Assembly: GCA_951406725.2 (NCBI GenBank)
Contig: OX597823.1
Span: 496,001 to 560,000 of the forward strand
Length of the DNA: 64,000 nucleotides
Direction: 5' to 3'
DNA from: Octopus vulgaris
Lineage: Eukaryota
Part shown: positions 39,918 to 52,259 of the stretch, piece after piece
Position numbering within the stretch: position 1 is the first letter of the stretch
Layout: the number at the start of each line of letters is the position of its first letter
The notes under the pieces: generated by a model
The model's input: only the letters and a program-made list of their open reading frames with translations
What the model was told of the DNA's origin: nothing
The model's database searches: none
Made by a program: the position numbers and the translations under genes

Positions 39918-40524
39918 TACCAAATAAAAGATGTATAAGCAACACAATAAAACATTGAACATCATATCTGGGTATCCAATCCTTGCCAAATCGGAATATG
40001 TACAGAGGTGGTTGTGTTGGCAGCTACATCCACTGGGCAATATGCCAACACTTCAATGTGAAAATGAATAAGAAGTGGTACAAGTATGATATATAACAAT
40101 GATCTGGTTACAATAGTTTGTGATATGTCTGTACAAACTGACAAAGAAATTAAGGTAAACCATCCAAACATAATAAAAACAAAACCCATGCACACTCGAT
40201 AGACATTACAATATCTTCTGATGAAAATATTTCTTGTAAATAAGAGAAAAAAACTATCAAAATAGAAGAACCTTGAAATTGAAATATTTAATATGTGGGA
40301 CATGAGGGTGCAAACAATACCATGAGTAATTGGAGCTCTAGGTATGCATTTGGAAAGTATGAAAAAAACAACATAGAAACCAGATCAAGAATCACAACAC
40401 TATACACTTCCCAATAAAATAGCTGCACAAGGAACAGCCCACATCTTGCACAATTCAATAGAATAGCTTAAATAGAACAAACTTCACATACACCCTATAC
40501 AATAAAGCACTTAATAATTTAAAG

Positions 40525-42836
40525 CAGGGGTGTCAAACTCAATCGCACAAGGGGCCAAAACTCAAATTACACTTAAGGTTGCGGGCCGAACTGGATAATC
40601 AATCATTAAGCAGTAGAAAACTAAACCCTTTTTTAAACAATAATATGAATTAAAACAGACAAAAGTTGAAATAATACCAATTTTCAGTCTGATGCCAATT
40701 TGTCAGAGCTGGATGTTTGGCATCTTTTCTTGGCAACAAGTGCGTCTATGTTTGGAATAAGGTTCTTCTGTGTTATGGAGATTCTCAGAATGGACGGCAG
40801 GTGTTCATCAGTGAGATGACTCCTGTGTGATGTTTTGTTAATCTTCATCAAAGAGAACAGCTGTTCACACAGATATGTGCTACAAAATATGCTCAAGATT
40901 TGAGCCACATGTAGACGAAGCTGGGGCATCTCTTTAGGAATGAAATGAGAACTGTGCAGGCCCCACAGTGTTGTACTCTGCCTTTAGTGCCCCATTACAC
41001 TGCAGCCCTATGAACTCCATCTGCAAATGTACAGGTGAAGTTTCCATGTCGATGGCAAACAGGTTGTAAAACAGCTTGAAACTACTTTCTTGTACTTCAA
41101 AGTCACTAAAACGCCATGCAAAGTTAGCGTGAAGTGAGCTCAGTTTTTCAGCAAAGTGTGCATTCGGGAACCCCATGCCACTGACTTGGTTCAACATTGC
41201 TTTGTAACAAGGAAAGTGAGACAAGTTGCATGGATGCATTTGTGTCTCTCAAGTGCAGCTTCACTTGAAATACCTTCACTGCATCATGCATATCAGTGAT
41301 CAAGTGGCCCCTGTCCCTGGAACTGCAGGTTCTAGACACTGAGATGAGTAATTATGTCAGATAGAAACGCCAGCTCACATTTCCACTTTTCATCCTGCAA
41401 AACTGTGGAGTCTTTTCCCTTTGTTGTCCATGAACTGGCAGACTTCCTCGATCAGCAGGAAAACAATACTGAGAATGTTTTCCCCAACTTAGCTACCGCA
41501 CTTCTGTATGATAAGGCTTGTCACCAAATGCTGAATCTATTTCCTGAAAAAAAAGGACTGAAATTGGTGGTGATTTAAATCTTTGGCTCTGATAAAGTTG
41601 ATGGTTTATGTTACAGTGGTCATTACATGTTCCATGTTGAGAACGGATCTTTTCAGTTTCAACGGCAGTTTTTAACATAATTTCTAGGTAACTAAAAAAT
41701 TTTAAACTTCATATATTGGTAGAATGTGTTTATAAAACATCTTTTTCTCTTGGCTTTATTGAGAAAATTCTATAGTTTGTAAGATATTTGTAAGATATTT
41801 TCTTCAATTTTGGCAATTTCAACCAATCAATGACGTGTATTTGAGGTGAAAACATTCTGTGCCGTATGAATATGTCCCTTGTTTAAGAAACAGATTGGGT
41901 TTATTTACATTTCTGAAGAAAAAAGATACCTTTCCCCCCTACCCCTAACCCTAAAACAGATTGAAATGCAATAGATCGATACTAGGGTCATAATTATGGG
42001 TGACAATTTCATATGACATTGCTAGAAAAAACTGCCGTTCAAACCGAAAAGATCCTTGAGAACTTTACCACACAGCGACCTTTGTGTATGATGCAATGAT
42101 ACGCCATCAACTCACCAGTACAGTCCTTCCTACTAGTCCACTTTTTTTGCCACACATCACAGGTACTTTATCTGTTGTAAGTCCAACAAGTTTGCCCCAA
42201 GGCAGGTTCTTCATGTCCAATATTTCTACTGTAACATTTAAACTGGAGGCCACTCCATGGATAAAGATGGTGAGCTGTGTAGTGTCAGTCGCATCATTAC
42301 TTTTATCGATAGCAAGAGAGCATGCAACAAAGTCTTTGCCTTTTTTGATCAGCTGTGTTTTCACATCAGTGGCCATCTCACAAACTTGATCAGCAATTGT
42401 ATCTCTGCTAAGGTTTACATTTGCAAACATCTGCTTTTTGTCTGGGCGCAAGACATCACACACTTTCATCAAGCAATTCTTCAGAAACTCTCCCTCAGTA
42501 AATAGTCAGGCTGATTTGGCAATATCCTCTGCCACAATAAGACTTGCTTTCACAGCAGCTTCACTTTGGTATTTTGCTTTGGTGAAAAATATCTGCTGTG
42601 ATGTTAGGTTCCTCTTCAATTCTTCTACCTTCTGTAGCTTCTGTTCTGCATTCAAGATTTTCAGTTTGTCTTGATGATTAGTCTCATAGTGCCATCTTAG
42701 ATTATATTCCTTGATCACAGTCACATTATCTCCACAAATTAGACACAGGTTTACAGCCAATATCAGTAAACATATATTGAGCCTCCCAGTGGCTTTGAAA
42801 GGCTCTGTTTCCAGAATCAACTTTTCTCTTAGCCAT
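40525..42836 (-). mobile_element. hAT (Buster/Charlie, SPIN/GTF2IRD2-like) transposon, transposase pseudogene
   Basis: TIR CAGGGGTGTCAAAC at 40525 next to ATTTAAAG (central TA). ATG at 42836 gives MAKRKVDSGNRAFQSHW, then CLICG...KEYNLRWHYETNH, SLAIDKSNDATDTTQL, CGKVLNMEHVM and STYLCEQLFSLMK. Many stops and frameshifts; the other TIR is lost. Confidence 0.92.
41645..42055. mobile_element. 411-bp MITE with ~29-bp TIRs and 8-bp TSD, inserted in the hAT transposase
   Basis: TTGAGAAC|ggatcttttcagtttcaacggcagttttt...aaaaactgccgttcaaaccgaaaagatcc|TTGAGAAC. Confidence 0.93.
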
Positions 42837-42854
42837 TTAATAGCTAGATTTGAT

Positions 42855-43880
42855 TTAAGATGGCCCTGCTCAATCTGTAGGAAATGCATAGATAGAAACT
42901 CATGCAGCAATATCAGAGGAAGGTTAACTGGGAAAATAGTATTTGTGCGTGGAAGGTGCAAAGATACAATAAACACTAAAAATATACCGCAAAATAGACT
43001 CAATCAACTAGCAGGGGGCTAAGTGGGAGGTAGTTGATAGCTTCTGATATTTAAGTGACCAAGTCAGTAGAGGAGGTGGATGCTCTGAAAGCATAATTGC
43101 GAGAACAAGAATAAGTTGGGCAAGGTTCAGAGAGTTCTTGCCTTTGTTGGCAACAAAGGGTCTCTCCCTCAGAGTGAAAGGTAGATTGTATAATGCATGT
43201 GTATGAACAGCAATGCTACATGGCAGTGAAACATGGGCTGTGACTGCCAAGAACATGTGTAAGCTTGAAAGAAATGAAGCTAGCATGCTTCACCGGATAT
43301 GCAATGTCAGTGTGCATGTACAACTGAGTATAAGCATCTTGAGAGAAAAGTTGGGCATAAGAGGCATCAGATGTGGTGTGCAAGAAAGACAACTATGTTG
43401 GTATGGTCACATGATACATATAGATGAGGACAGCTGTGTAAAGAAGTGCCAATCTTTAACTGTGGAGGGAACTTGTGGTAGAGGTAAATCCAGTAAGACA
43501 TGGGACAAAGTGGTGAAGAATGATCTTCAAACATTGGGCCTCATGGAGGCAATAACTGGCGATCAAGACTTTTGGTGATATGCCATGCTTAAGAAGACCC
43601 ATCAAGCCAAGTGAAATCATAGTCGTGACTAATGCCTGTGTCACATAACTGGCATCTGTACTGATGGCACATAAAAAAAAACACCATTTGAGCATTGGAC
43701 CTCATACAGGCAATGTGGCCAAATAACTAGCATCCAGTATACTTTTTGAGTGGTTGACATTAGGAAGAGTATCTAGCTGTAGAAATCATGCCAAATCAGA
43801 CTGGAGTCAGGTGCGGCCTCTCAGCTTACTAGCCCTGGTCAAACAGTCCAACCTATGCCTGCATGTTAAATGATGATGAT
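42855..43880 (+). mobile_element. RTE 3' part with PHD-like finger remnant
   Basis: RWPCSICRKCIDRNS...CSNIRGRLTGKIVFVRGRC, WAKFREFLPLL-like segment, MLHGSETW, then the tail with (GAT)n. Confidence 0.9.
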
Positions 43881-45499
43881 AAGTAAGCACAAAATGACCA
43901 TGTGGGTAAGCAGCTTGGTCATAGCTTCGCTTGTTACAGTGGAAACAGACACCTATACATCTGCTGCTTTTGACTGGCTAAAATTACTCAAAAATTTGTA
44001 AACTATAAACACTATTAGCTCTTTATTTATTGATTTATGGTGAAAATGATTTCATGTCAATAATTACCATACAAAACTACACCAATATGCCAAATATGAA
44101 ATCAATTGGAACAAAAATTGAAGAAACTGAAAAGTGGCAGCCAAATAGAAAAATCCCTATTTTTATTCCTTTTAATCAGAAATAAATTGAGAAAATGTAT
44201 TGTTCAAGTGTTTCTCATAAACAGTTCCTACTGAAAATTGAAATCAAATTGTAGTTTTAGTTGACTGGGTGTTCTGTGTTGCTTAGATCTAAATAACAGC
44301 ACCAAAAGGGATTCTCATATGGAACTACTGGTACGAAACTAGAACAAGATAATGCAAAGAGATATTAATTTGTGAGTAATTAGCAGAATCAATGCAAACA
44401 ATTGTGATATTGGTTTATAATAAAGGTAGTTGTAGCCGACTCGTTGTTCTAATTAAACATGGCAGATTATCAAAATATTGATAGAGGAAAGGGATGAGAG
44501 TAGGAATGAGATGATCCGATCCAACTAGTCTTTTGTGAAGGAGGGAAATCATTGATGCTGTTAGATTTGATGTGCATCGATGTACAACTGGAAATCGAAT
44601 TGATAATATGGAGAAATATTCAAGTAGTTTATGTCTGAGAAACATTTCAAGCAATGGATGTGAGAGCTTTTAAAAGAAATACTTAAATTCCATTATAATG
44701 ATGAAACTTAAGCTAAACTAAACAGAACACTAACATCTAAAGAGTAGATACGTCAAATTGGCTTATAAAGACAATATGTGTAATATTTCTTTCCATTTGA
44801 CACAAGGCTCCCTTTGTAAGAGTTGAGCAAAGCTAGTCTATAACTTGTCTCTTTAATGATCTCTCTCCGTGAAAACAGCAGTATTGTTTGAATGAGCACT
44901 AAACTCATTACATGAGGTAGCATAAAATACCTTTTGTTGGAAATATATATTAAAAAATTGACTTATTAAAATCAGGAAAAATTGTGTTAAGAAGTGCCGT
45001 CAATTTGACCCCAGTGAATTACTGTTATTACTTGTTTGGTTCTCCAGGTCAATACTGATCAAGCAGACTTATGATGAAATCAAACCATGGTCATCCAATC
45101 ATATTTATTTTTTCATGAATAATGTACTTTGAATTACATTATTGGATGTACCTCTTTTTAAGATGGCAGAGAGTGGTTTAAGGGAGATTTCACTGCTATT
45201 TCTAATAGGCTGAATAACCATTTAAAGGCTTTATCATTGGCTCATTACTGCTATTTATTGCAGATAATGTTGATGCTCAACAAAATATTGATCTGAGAAA
45301 CATTTGACACAGAACGAAATGTTAAAAGCTGTTCCACCGATATTAGCTCCTGACATAAATATTAAATAAGAGAAGTCAATGAGGACTCTACTGATTACTA
45401 TCATTTGAAAGGATTTGTGATTTGAAGTTAATATATTCCTATACTACAAATATACAATGTGGTACAATTTGCTTAGTAATTATTTCATCTTTCTTTCAG

Positions 45500-45523
45500 G
45501 ATGTATGATATCATGTGTTGCTG
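45500..45523 (+). other. Candidate 24-nt microexon (plus strand)
   Basis: tttcatctttctttcag|GATGTATGATATCATGTGTTGCTG|gtaagg, with strong splice signals and open in phase 1 (GCMISCVA). Confidence 0.25.
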
Positions 45524-46794
45524 GTAAGGTTAGAATAATAGCAAAACATGTCTAGAATTGTCTCCAGTACTTGAAAAATAAATTAAAATATTAGACATTA
45601 ATTAACATTGTATTTCTCCCCTGACCACACAATTTCAGTAAAATGTTTAATTCTCAATGCATTAAACATATTAACACTAATTTGCCCATTATTAGATTTA
45701 GTTTAATTAACTAGGCTTAAGAATTTATTACAATAATTATCAAAAATAAAATAAATTGTAGGAAATGTGTACTGCAATAACCAAGACACAAACTGGATTT
45801 TATTAATTCATTCATCATTTCTAACAAAATATCTCTTGACTCAAAGAAAACTGCCAGTGATCTATAAGAAGAGTCATTTCTTTAGCATAATACAAGAAAG
45901 GTTTTGGTATTTTAAAAAATGTCTTCTCTCTTGAATGTTGAAATTTGGGAAAGATACCATGTTTCCTGTGGAGATGCAATTAACTCTGTAATGTCAAATC
46001 TTGATTAAAAGATAATCTTTGATTTAGCTTCATTCATATAAAACAAAACATGGTAGTTAGTGTTTCCCCAAGAATTATGAGAGGACAGAATCATTCAAAA
46101 ATAAATTTATTTTTATTAAGTGACAAATATTTGACATAATTAAGACTTCATTTATAAAAGCTTTAGTGCAAGTAAAATTGTTATATTTTATTTCATATGG
46201 GTCATTGCGTAATGATTTCATATATAGGCATAATACACTGGAATTATTATGGGAGATAGGGTGGGGGAATGAGATAATGAAAAGTTGGAATGTCCATACC
46301 GTTTCCCAGAGGAAACATTAACAACATACACAAATGATTCTAACTGGTGACTGAAGATATTTAAGATCATACAATGGCACCAGAGTGTCTAACAACCAAC
46401 TGTAAAAACTTTCATTAGGATTATTTGCGCGCAAGCACGCATGCACACACACACTCATGCGTTTCATGGGAAGGGCAGTAAAAGTGGTTACCATTACGAA
46501 TTCCATGTCTTTTGGCTTTACAACTTTGCTATATTATAAATATTCAATGAGAATTATATTTAGTAAATAAACTATATTAATTTATCAATAATACGTTATA
46601 ATTTATGTGTTACATTTATTATATACTGATAATAAATGTAATAATTTAATTTTACAGTAATACAAGGCTATCATACATAGTAAGTACCTAGCTTTTAAAA
46701 CTGATTCCAAAGTAAAGCTTTTTGAGATAATCCAGATGTTTGAAGATTATTAAACATTCCACCTATCCTACTATATATATATATATATTCCTTA

Positions 46795-47030
46795 CTGGCA
46801 TGTGAAAAACATTCGAGTGAAGTCATTGCCAGTGCCGCTGGCTCCTGTGCAGGTGGCACGTAAAAGCACCCACTACACTCTCAGAGTGGTTGTTGTTAGG
46901 AAGGGCATCCTGCTGTAGAAACTCTGCCAGATCAGACTGGAGCCTGGTGCAGCCACCTGGTTCTCCAGTCCTCAGTCAAATCATCCAACCAATGCTAGCA
47001 TGGAAAGCGGATGTTAAACGATGATGATGG
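46795..47030 (+). mobile_element. RTE 3' tail fragment
   Basis: gtaaaagcacccactacactctc...ggaagggcatcc...gttaaacgatgatgatg. Confidence 0.85.
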
Positions 47031-47399
47031 CACTTGCCTTAAGCTGTGAAATTTCAAATCTCCCTTTTGAAGAAACACAGTGATCTTAAAATGGGGTAAA
47101 ATATGTTTAATAGTCATTCATGCTTGGTTGCACAATATAAAATACCTCCATGGAGTTGATGTAGTGTTAATCACTTTGTTATTTAATCTGTATGCAGAAT
47201 GTTTAATAGTGAAGAGTTACAGTACTGCAAATATTCTCATCAAAATTCTTGTTTTCTACAGACTAGTAATTAAAAAAAAAAACTATTTCCAATCAAATCA
47301 TTTGTTTATTTTCTCTTTTTCTTTTTGAAAGCATTAACAAGATATTTCCCCACTCCTAAGATCATATAAATAGTTTTCTTCATTTTTTATTGGAAACAG

Positions 47400-49442
47400 G
47401 ACAACTGATCTGCAACAGAGTAGACCAAAATGAGATGCAGTTTGGCTTTATGCTTAAAAGAGGCACCATGCCACCAAGAGGTACCATCTTTTGTGTGAGG
47501 GAAGTGCAAGAGAAATACTTGGTTAGGAATAAACCACTATTCTTGGCATTTGTTGGTTTGGAATAGGTTTTGAGAGAGTACTATGTTCAGTAGTGTGATA
47601 GTCACTAAAGAAACCAGGAGCCGACAAATGGCGGGGGGGAGGGGGCTGTACATAATTGTGGTGAGAGTCAACAATGATTTCAGTGATGAATTTAGTGCGA
47701 AGGTAGGAGTCTATCAAGGTTCAGTTTTCAGTCATCTCCAATTCATCATAGTTCTGAAGGACATCACAGAGGTGTTCATGGCTGTCCGCAGGAACTCTAA
47801 TATACTGATCATCTAATTCTCTTTGCTGAATCTAGAGTGAATTAAAGGGGAAATTCCAAGCATAGAAGCTAAACTTAAAATCAAAAAAACCTCAAGATAA
47901 ACTTATCAAAGATTAAGGTTTTAGAAGAGATGTAGTGGTGTCACAGGCAAACAAAGACTGTAAACTATAGTTGCAACAGATGCAGTGGAGCAGAACGCAT
48001 TATGAACACGCTAGAAATAGTTTCTTTTAAATGTCCAGATGGTTCACTAGAGTTAGTCAATTGCTTTTTGTTAACTAGGAGATGTAATTAGCAAGAGGGA
48101 TGATTGTTCTGAAAGTTCCAGGTTGGAAAAAGTTCAGAAAGCTACGACCACCACTTGTAACAATAAAAATCTGTTCCCTTGGAGTTAAAAGCAGATTGTA
48201 TGATGCTCGAGTTGGACTGAAACACTGCAAGGAAGAGTGAGAGATGGGCTTTGGATACAGAGCCCTTAAGAAGATTGGAAAGAGATGAAGAGTGGGCATG
48301 TTTCATTGGATGTGCAATGTAAGTGTGCTGAGAGAAAAACTGGGTAGAAGTGGAATTAGATGTAGTGTGCAAGAAAGAAAACTGTGTTGCTGTAGACATG
48401 TGATGTGTATGGGTAATGATAGGTATATGAAGAAATGTTGATTACTAGATGAGGATGGAGCTTATGGAAGCTGATCTCAGTGTAAGAGAGGACTAGGATG
48501 ACTAGTGACATGCAATTCTCAATAAGAGTAGCCCATCTCAGTGAAACTGATTCTGGAAGAAAATTGTGTATATAAAACTGTCCACCTACCACATTTTCCT
48601 CCTTAAGACATCCCTATCTCCTATCATCTTTCTAACTGCACATTTCACCAGCTTTTCTCTAATGCCAATTAGTTTTCTCACTGCCAGAAACCATAGCACT
48701 TCATATTCATCCATTCTTCATTCTGACCTCTCTACCAACACTACATTGATCAACCTCTTGGAGCACCAAATTGTCTCTCCTTCTCCATCACAATACATCT
48801 CTCACTGTCCCATGTAATACACCTGCCTCTCCCACCCTAACATTCTTGCAACCTACCCAATCATGTCAGTTCCTCTTTAATCTACATGTACCCACCTCTT
48901 ATCTACAATTCACTTCATACTACTCAACTTCACCCAATTTCTACAGTTGTCACCTACTCTTCCCATCTTATCATCCCTCAACATTTGTTCTTCATTATAT
49001 TCACCCTATTGCTCTTTCCCTATTTTCACTCTCCCATACACTCTATGTTCTCCAGTACTCATTCCCTTCTACCCACCTTCTTGTACCTTGAGTGTTCACT
49101 TTGATATCATAATTATTTTATCATATTCTCCAGCTCCACCCTGCTCACTTTCCTATCATGTCAGTAGCTGTGCAGCTCCCCTACAGCAAGACACCTGTTC
49201 TGTTTTGGCCCTTCTCTAATACTTTAACCTCTAATCTCCTAGCATAAAGCTACCTCCCTCTCTACTGAAGGAAGTCAAAGGAAGTCTTGCTGTGAAGAGG
49301 ATGATGTTAGGGAGGGTATCCATTCATAAAAAATTGCCAAAGCAGACACTGGAGTACAACTCAGTCCTTCAACCTGTGAAATTCTGTCAAACTGTCCAGC
49401 CATACTGGTATGCAACATGGTCATTATATAATGATGATGATA
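47400..49442 (+). mobile_element. Old RTE with long pyrimidine-rich 3' UTR
   Basis: MQFGFM, VGVYQGSVFS, then decayed thumb region, pyrimidine-rich 48560-49260 and tail 49290-49442. Confidence 0.8.
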
Positions 49443-50436
49443 TATTTTGTAAACAATTTGGGGTCAACAGACCAAATTTGTTTATAACTTCAAATTGTAT
49501 ACCACAATTCTTTCTATGGCTGCTCAGACCTGCAGTGCATGAAAGCTTTAATTACAGAACTGAATTTTGTTAAGATGGAATTCTGTTCTATGGGAATGGA
49601 TATCTAAAAACAAAGCAGAATGCTTCTCTAAAAGAGTACTATTCAGGATTTATTTTGATCAAAGGAAGAAAATTAGTTGTCTCTACTGACAGAGACCCTG
49701 ATTTAATCAGAGAAGAACAACTTAATCCAACAACTTGACCTGGGAAACCAAATTCAGAAATTCTAAAAATAACAAAATTTACAAAAATAAGTCATTTTAA
49801 GAATTAAATTTGGTATGAGAAAAAGAAAAAAAATGAAAATTTTATCAGGAAAGTTTATAAAACTAAATTTGAATTTTATGGAGAGAAGTTACAAAAAAAA
49901 AACATTGTACATTTTTTTTTTTTAAATGGGAAAGATGACTAAGTTAGTGAGGCAGGACCAATAATTTCATTTATTGCTGCTGAAATGAAGATGAACATTG
50001 GGCAATGTAACCTCATTATTCAACAATGTGGAAGAACGAATACAGGAAACCACAAAATGATTTTAAATATTTGTAGAAATAACTGAAAAACAAGCTAAAA
50101 ATATGAACAGAAAGGGTGGGTGCGATTGTGCTGTAGCTGGATGAGGGTAAATGGTAAAGTGATCTTAGGATATAACAATCAAATCCTTGGGGTTTTTGCT
50201 TAACTAAGGAAATCTAGGTCTCTTTGAATTATGGGAGCCTGTAATTTCACAAGAACAATAGGAGAGTACTGTTTCCTTGTGTGCATTGGAAGACTAAAAT
50301 ATGTAATAAACAGATGTAACCATAACCATTTATTACTGAAAAGTTTATGTAATAAATACACACACACACACACACATGCATGCATGTGAGAATGATCGGA
50401 GAAATACATTGACTGGAAGGTGAGATAGACTTTTTA

Positions 50437-50550
<114 letters not shown>

Positions 50551-50989
50551 TGTGCGTGTATGTATGAGTCAGAAGCAAGAATGACTTAACAGTGAGTGAA
50601 GTTTTCAGAAATTACTGTATCATTTCAACATTGCAAGTGGAATGAGTAAGACTGAAGTGGTGTCGGTGGTGGTAGTGGTGTGGTGTATGTGGGTGTGGGT
50701 GCTGGTGCTATGAATGCAGTAGTAATAATTTTATAATGAATGGGAACATATTGGTGGAGAAGTTAGTTGTGGAAGGCAAGTGAATTAAAATTTAAAAAGT
50801 AGGTTATGGGGTCAGGTTCTGCTGAAGCTGATGAGCCAACCTCGACTTTCAGCACAATGATAAACATGTCACCATTAATGAAGCCGTGATATGAGAAAAA
50901 CTTATGAAAGAAGATTAAAAGGGAAGAAAAGAATAAAAGTCAGAAAGACAATGACATCGTAAAGACAAAGGAGAAGAATATGGAAGAGA

Positions 50990-51051
<62 letters not shown>

Positions 51052-51167
51052 CATGTTTTATTTCACAGATGGACTCAACATTTCCAAGATCTCACAGATG
51101 ACCATGGGTCAGCCTTGCTAACCTCATTATTCAACAAGGTGAAAGAAAGAACACAGGAAACCACAAA

Positions 51168-51685
51168 ATCATCATCATCGTCTACTTTCCATGCTAGCAT
51201 GGGTTGGACGATTTTGACTGAGGGCTGGCGAACCAGATGGCTGCACCAAGCTCCAATCTTGATCTGGCAGAGTTTCTACAGCTGGATGCCCTTCCTAATG
51301 CCAACCACTCTGAGAGTGTAGTGGATGCTTTTTATGTGCCACAAGCATGGGGGCCAGTCAGGCGGTATTGGCAACGACCTCGCTCGAATCCTTTTACACA
51401 TGCCACCGGCACAGGTGCCACTAAGGCGACGCTGGTAACGATCACATTCAAATGGTGCCTTTTACATGCCACCGGAACAGAAGCCAATTAGCTGCTCTGG
51501 CAATGATCACGCTCGGATGGTGCTCTTAGCATCCTACTAGCACAGGGCACAAGTGCCAGTAAGGCAATGCTGGTAACGATCACACTCAAATTGGTGCCTT
51601 TTATGTGCCACTGGCACGGAAGCCGGTTAGCTGCTCTGCCAACAATCACACTCGTATGGTGCTCTTTGCACCCTGCTAGCACGGA
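51168..51685 (-). mobile_element. RTE tail with ~58-60-bp tandem repeats in 3' UTR
   Basis: Reverse-complement tail at 51168-51340, then about 6 alternating units (tgccaccggcac...ctggtaacgatcac...atggtgc). Confidence 0.85.
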
Positions 51686-51688
51686 TAC

Positions 51689-51866
51689 CCGTCATCAAAT
51701 GATTCAGAATATTTGCTGAAGTAACTGAATGCAAAGCTGTAAAAATTTTTATAATAAAGGAGAGTTGACATCATCCAAAAATCAACTGGATTCATTTTAG
51801 TGAGCTTCCCAAGGTTCATCTTACCACTTTTGGACCAACTTTTTTCAGACATCAAGAAGGTTAGAT
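51689..51866 (-). other. Two candidate phase 1-1 exons: 51825-51866 (42 nt, DLTFLMSEKSWSKS) and 51689-51736 (48 nt, ALHSVTSANILNHLMT)
   Basis: ttgttgtcaacag|ATCT...AGTG|gtaaga and tttttacag|CTTT...ACGG|gtatcc. Both are open and divisible by 3. Confidence 0.3.
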
Positions 51867-52259
51867 CTGTTGACAACAATAATTTCAAGTTCATAAGTCA
51901 TCTTCATAAATTATGTAAGAACGGCTAAGCAGCCTTTGTTCAATACTACACAGCAGCTACATAGAGAAATGCAAATCTGCCATAGTCTAAAGTTACTAAT
52001 GGTCATAAATCACAGGGCACACTATGATAGCCATTTCAATACCAACCTATTTGACTCTGTCTTTGGTTCTATGACACATACCTGTTTTAAAGGGATCTAA
52101 ATTAAAATCTCTTAAAATTTCTTGTTAATTTGTTCTAAATACCAGTTCAATAATGACAAAATGATTATATTAAATTCTTTATTATTTTCAAAATTAATTG
52201 AAAGAAAGCCAGTACATCTCAACAGAAACATGGTAACAAAAGCCTAGATAAAAATCTTC

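Larger units (their letters stand above)
38100..40460 (+). mobile_element. Old R4/Dong-type retrotransposon remnant hosting three nested insertions
   Basis: FTKDIRFNKCAKAKLRRAKL...PYKYIEI (RT end), IFAA*DQCL, IISGYPILAKSEY, VIGALG, KIAAQGTAHIL, in collinear order. Confidence 0.7.

Noticed and set aside
42506-43003. 165-aa ORF as a host GTF2IRD2-like gene
   Set aside because: It is a chimera of antisense RTE and a hAT transposase fragment. The transposase is broken by stops, frameshifts and a MITE.
44415-44654. 79-aa protein-like minus-strand ORF
   Set aside because: No recognisable motif and no convincing flanking splice sites.
50835-50870. CTGATGA hammerhead-like core
   Set aside because: No downstream GAAA or pairing stems.
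51340-51685. Regular ~60-bp repeats resembling a repeat-spacer array
   Set aside because: The units are homologous along their whole length and are attached to an RTE tail, so this is a minisatellite.
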